Below are positions 59,442 to 64,000 of a DNA stretch of 64,000 bases, piece after piece. This DNA is from Monocercomonoides exilis PA203. Taxonomy: Eukaryota; Protista; Preaxostyla. Below the pieces are notes generated by a model, which saw nothing but the letters and a program-made list of their open reading frames with translations, was not told the origin of the DNA and made no database searches. A program made the position numbers and the translations under genes. Each line of letters opens with the position of its first letter. Within the stretch, counting starts at the first letter, position 1. Location: the NCBI GenBank assembly GCA_001643675.2, contig LSRY02000021.1, positions 806,001-870,000 on the forward strand. The letters run 5' to 3'.

Positions 59442-60058
59442 ATTTAAATTCAAGAAAACTTGTTAATATGCGCTTTATTTTTAAGAAGCAACAGGAGATA
59501 CATTTTAATAATGATGGTAATGTATTGAAAAAGTTTTGTTTAAACTCTGATTGAATAAAAATTGTTCAATTTAGTTGAAACTTTGAAAAACTGACATTCT
59601 CTTTCATTTTTTATCTTTCATTTTTGAACTCTGCATGATTAAAACATTAAGAAAGGAATTATTAAAGTATGTTTCAGCAAAGAAGTTATTAATTAATCTA
59701 TCGTTTAGAAATGTTTATATTTCATTCATTGAAAAGTGATTTTTGAATTTGTTCTTTGTTTTCTTGATCCTAGTGTCACGGATGATGATAAAAATATGTA
59801 GTGGAATAATTATAATTTGCAAGCAAAGTGAATAAATAATTGATTGAAAAATATTGAAACTGCTTTAGAAATTATAAAGATCATATCTTTTTCACAAATA
59901 ATATATTCATTTCATTCTTTAAATTGTTTTATAAACATCAAACAATAATTACTAAGATACAAATAAAGATGTGTTTCCTTTAAACAAACGAAAACATACA
60001 ATTTAATGTGAACAACAAGAAAATTTGAAAATTATTGTTGCAATAAAGTGAAAAAGTC

Positions 60059-63000
60059 CTAATAAATATTGAAAAATGTTTTTGCTTTCATCCACACATT
60101 TCCTCCCCTCGTTGTTATTCCTTCTTCATGTGAATTAGAGATTGCAAAATCTTTCATCAAAACAGAACTGTTAACAACATCCACAAGAGATTCATCCCAT
60201 TTGTACATCTCTTCCTTTATCCTCATATACATGCTTTCCTTCTTTTTCATCTCCTTCCTCTCCATCAAACACATACGATCCAATCAGCACATCCACGCAC
60301 TAACATATCCTTATCATCCTTCCTCTCTTGATTGTGCTCCGGCATTTCACAAAGGAACAGTTCAGCACACACAACCCCCTATCAGCTCCATCCATCTTCA
60401 TCACGCTTCCTTCATTAGCCACTGACATATTCTCAAACTTCGTTTCCTTCATCTCTGCCTTCGCTTTTCCCCCAACTCTCACAACTTCCCCCTCACACTC
60501 GATATTCAATATTCGTGTCTCAGCAATTGACACACAAGATTCTCCACAGAATGACAGAAGTTGCACAGCTGAATGAATTCCACTGAACAGCGTTTCGCTC
60601 ATCTTCAGCTCTCCTCTCTCCACATGAAGAATCATGCTCTTCATCACAAGATCCATTGCAGACGAGCTGAAAAAGCATTCTGAAATTTCCAATCTCTCAT
60701 CCTTCTCTTTCAAAACACTCTCTTCAACCCCTTCAAATTCCTCTCCAAACACAAACAAACACCTCTCCACAACACACTCATTCACAAACACAATCACACT
60801 TCCTTCACTTCCCATCTCTTGAATGGCTTCATTGAAATGAATTGTTCCCTTCGCCTTCTTCATTGACTTCACGCACAAATCTCCAACAACACACTCCCCT
60901 CCAATGTCTCCTTCTCCATCAATCAGAATCATTTTCACAACACTTCGTCAGATGTGTTGCACACCATTTCCAATGCTCTCACACGGATTGCTCTGTGCTC
61001 CACACTGCCTGCTGTCACTCCCATTCACACACACAAACACCTGTGAAGAATAATAGAATGTGATCAGCGGAATCAGATCAACATCATCCCTTTCCTTGTC
61101 TGACCCACATATCGAGTTCTCCTCCTTCAGTACCTCCTGGCTGAAGTCCAGTCCAAATAGTCTTTCATTCAACTGTAACTCAATTGAGTTACACCGAATG
61201 AACACATCCTTCCCCACAAACGCATCATTCATCATGAATCGGATATATTACAGTTTCACCCCAAGAGCTGGCATTTCCTTTTCGACTGATTTAGCATTCG
61301 GATCAATTGCATCAATCATCGCCCCTCCTCCTCTTCCATCTTCAGTTGAGCACATACACATCACAAATGAGCATCCTCTCACTTTCAATTCTGATTCCCC
61401 TCTCTTCAAACACGCTTTCATCCCTCCTCCTTCTTTGCTCTTCTCACTTATGCACTTCGTCAGCACACACCCTTCGATCTCACATTCCATCCCAGATGAA
61501 AATGATCCAACATTCATCACGCATGCTCTGTTTTCTGAACATGTGATATATGTGAACGAGGAGTCGTTCACCCTCACGATTTTTTTTGTTTTCTGTTGCT
61601 TTATTGATCAACATGTTTGACAGCAACGGCTGACTCAGCGAAATTAAACTGCTTCTTGAGAATGTTGTGTTCGAAACAGACACATTCATCACATCAATCA
61701 CTTCCACTTCAGGGACAAACTCTAAAACCCCTTTGGCCAGATTGAAGAGAGTAAGGGTGCAATCCTCAACCACCACATTTCCTCCATCTGCTTTTATCAA
61801 GCAATAAATCACTTTCATTATTTCATCCTCGCATACAAATGAGCATCTCTCAACTGAAAGAGTTGCAGAGGAGAATGATAATGAATGAATGAATGATAAA
61901 TGATTTGCTAATTCATTTGGAAGAGAAAATGAAATATTGATGAATGAACCAATAACATTCGATGCTATCATTCCCCCTTCTTTTCCTTCACCTTCATTCC
62001 TTCCTCCCTCACTCACTTTCAGAACTGTTCCTTCTTTCTCTCCCTCAATTGATACAACTGAAGTTTTTGAAGATGATGATAACAAAAATGAAATAGATTT
62101 TCGAAGAGACCCTGATCCAACAATCTTGATGTGCGATTCGCCATCTCCAAGTGGTTCATATCTCAGCGATATCAAGTGATCAATTGATGAGCATGGTGCT
62201 TCTGAATATCCACATCCACTAAAGTCTCCTCCATTTTCCTTCGAAACGAACACATTCCTACTCCAATTATCCCACAGATAATCAACCAGTGGAATCACAT
62301 ATCCATTTTCTCCTGTTGTCTTCCTTTCCCATCCACACAGCTCATCCAATAACTTCTTATCACTTGCACTCAACTCCTCTTTCAGTTGTTCGTTCGAAAT
62401 AACCTCGTCCAGCTCATTTCCTGATTTGAACACTTTCTTCCCTTTCCAAACATTGCACTGGCTGAATGTCACTCCTTCCATCTTAAATGATCACATTGCA
62501 TCTGCCAAACTCACAAACATCCCTCCTCCCATTCCTCTTCCTTTCTGCAAGTTGTCCTCTGTTGGCACCTGGAATCCCGTGAATGCTACGCTTTTAATCT
62601 CCAAACTTCCACACTCCCCGACCGATATCATCATCCCTCCTCCTTTCATCCCACTTCCTCCTGTACATATTGATGAAAAACTGCAGTTATTCACTACTGC
62701 GCTTCCTTCTGCTTGTATCTCTGCACCGATGCATCCTCCTCCTTCTCCGCTCCCACCTTCCACCGTCACTCCACTCACCCTGCCGTTCTTTATGTCCAAC
62801 TTCTCTTCATTGGTTATTGTTATTGGTGATTTACCGTTCATCGTCAGCGTCACTCCACCTTCCATCACAAATTTATCAACAATCAGTTCTCCTTCATTAA
62901 TCTTCAATCCTGCTTCAGATTCCTTGATTGATAAAATGCATCTTCCACTTTCATTCAATGATTCCACTAGAACATTCACAAAATGGCAAGTAATTCCAGA

Positions 63001-63500
63001 ATCATGAATGACAAAAATATTGTTTACAACATTGCTTAATTCCATCGAGAAATCATTCACTTCCACACTGCCTCCAATCACATCCACAAATACACAATCA
63101 AATCCATTGTTCAATTCTGCTTCTGAATGAAATGAACATCCAGTTATCACTAACTCGCCAGCTCTGTTTGAAATAACTGTTTTGGCTGAATTGTCAAATC
63201 CAGATGTCAGTTGCAGTTGGATATTCCTCAATTCGAGGTGAATTTCATTTTCCATGAAATATTCCAATTGACTTCCAATTGCCTTTTCAAAATTCAAAGT
63301 TGTTTTCAAATTCTCTTCTCCAATCTTCACACTTTTTTTAATCTGATAATTGGACAAGTTGAATGAATCTTGAATAACTGTGGATCCTTCAATCTCAATT
63401 GTTTTCTTTCCAGTCCCCTTTTCCATGTTTTCCATCCGCTTCAGCATTGTTTGGCATAGCTCATCCTCACATCTACAGCTCTCAACATCAGATCCACTAG
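60059..63500 (-). pseudogene. Fragmented paralogue of the beta-helix surface-protein family (ectodomain only; multiple stops and frameshifts)
   Basis: Collinear ORF pieces. DAFVGKDVFIRCNSIELQLNE...NSICG...DVDLI...CGAQSNPCESIGNGVQHI aligns by eye to VAVVGKDMFIKCISIELQIDE...NSIWG...DIDLM...CGSQEKPCKTLGNGLEHI in the 1864-9639 protein. Confidence 0.85.
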
Positions 63501-63843
63501 AAAAGCTAAATCAATCTCATTCTTTATATTTTTGAAAACATACAAACAACAAACTTTAATAAAGTCCATTGTTTTAATAACTCAATATAATATTGCATTG
63601 AAAAATTGAAGTTTATCTGGGTAAAAAGTTTCATTTTATAATGCAATGATCTTATCTAATTCAAAAAAAACATAGAAATATAAAAGAACAAGAAAAAATA
63701 TGAAATATTAAAGCAAAATAAATAATATTGTTATTTAAAGAGTCATTTATAACCTTTTGCGTTCCTTTGCGAACGTAAATGAACTAATATTAGGTAGTTT
63801 AAAATATTCAAGCAAAAAGGTACACTTTAATGTAACTGTGAAA

Positions 63844-64000
63844 AAAAGCTGTTTTCAATATAAAACAAGTGCACATATAATAATATACTTAATTTTACAT
63901 ACAAAAATGAAAGGATAGCAAACTATTGAATTCTTATTAACCGAAAACAGTATATTCAATTTTTCCAAACATTAAAAATTTTATTGTGGGTTGGATCAAA
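63844..64000. repeat. Right arm of perfect inverted repeat (partner 59285-59441)
   Basis: Exact reverse complement; continues to the window edge. Confidence 0.95.

Noticed and set aside
54960-59461. 12-bp direct repeat tcaagaaaactt (54960-71, 59450-61) as TSD of the retroelement
   Set aside because: YR elements do not normally make long TSDs, the word is AT-rich, and it does not coincide exactly with either candidate boundary. Probably chance.
1-64000. tRNA, rRNA, CRISPR arrays or telomeric repeats
   Set aside because: None recognised by eye; a covariance-model scan was not possible.

Overview
AT-rich eukaryotic protist DNA with short GT-AG introns, long Ser/Glu low-complexity tracts and the standard genetic code. 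The gene families resemble those of oxymonads such as Monocercomonoides (inference, not checked by search). Host genes: a kinesin-9-like motor (truncated by the window start), a 2591-aa beta-helix/TM/pseudokinase surface protein, a B-box/TLDc protein, three helical proteins sharing an EEEG C-terminal motif, a giant coiled-coil protein with axonemal dynein light chain-like and EF-hand regions, a C2H2 zinc-finger protein, a choline transporter-like (CTL/SLC44) protein and a Clp1-like RNA kinase. There are two mobile-DNA hotspots. (1) 21.3-25.7 kb: a 1.3-kb fold-back palindrome, a TA-flanked non-autonomous TIR element and a dead, intron-containing pogo-type transposase. (2) 55-64 kb: a nearly intact DIRS-like tyrosine-recombinase retrotransposon, followed by a degraded surface-protein copy bracketed by perfect >=157-bp inverted repeats. 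The retroelement is the most interesting object. It has a candidate -1 frameshift signal (slippery heptamer plus GC-rich stem), about 460 codons of dual-coding overlap between pol and an extended recombinase ORF, a non-canonical YxxK recombinase motif, an HPP methyltransferase-like domain, and only 12-bp inverted repeats at its apparent ends.
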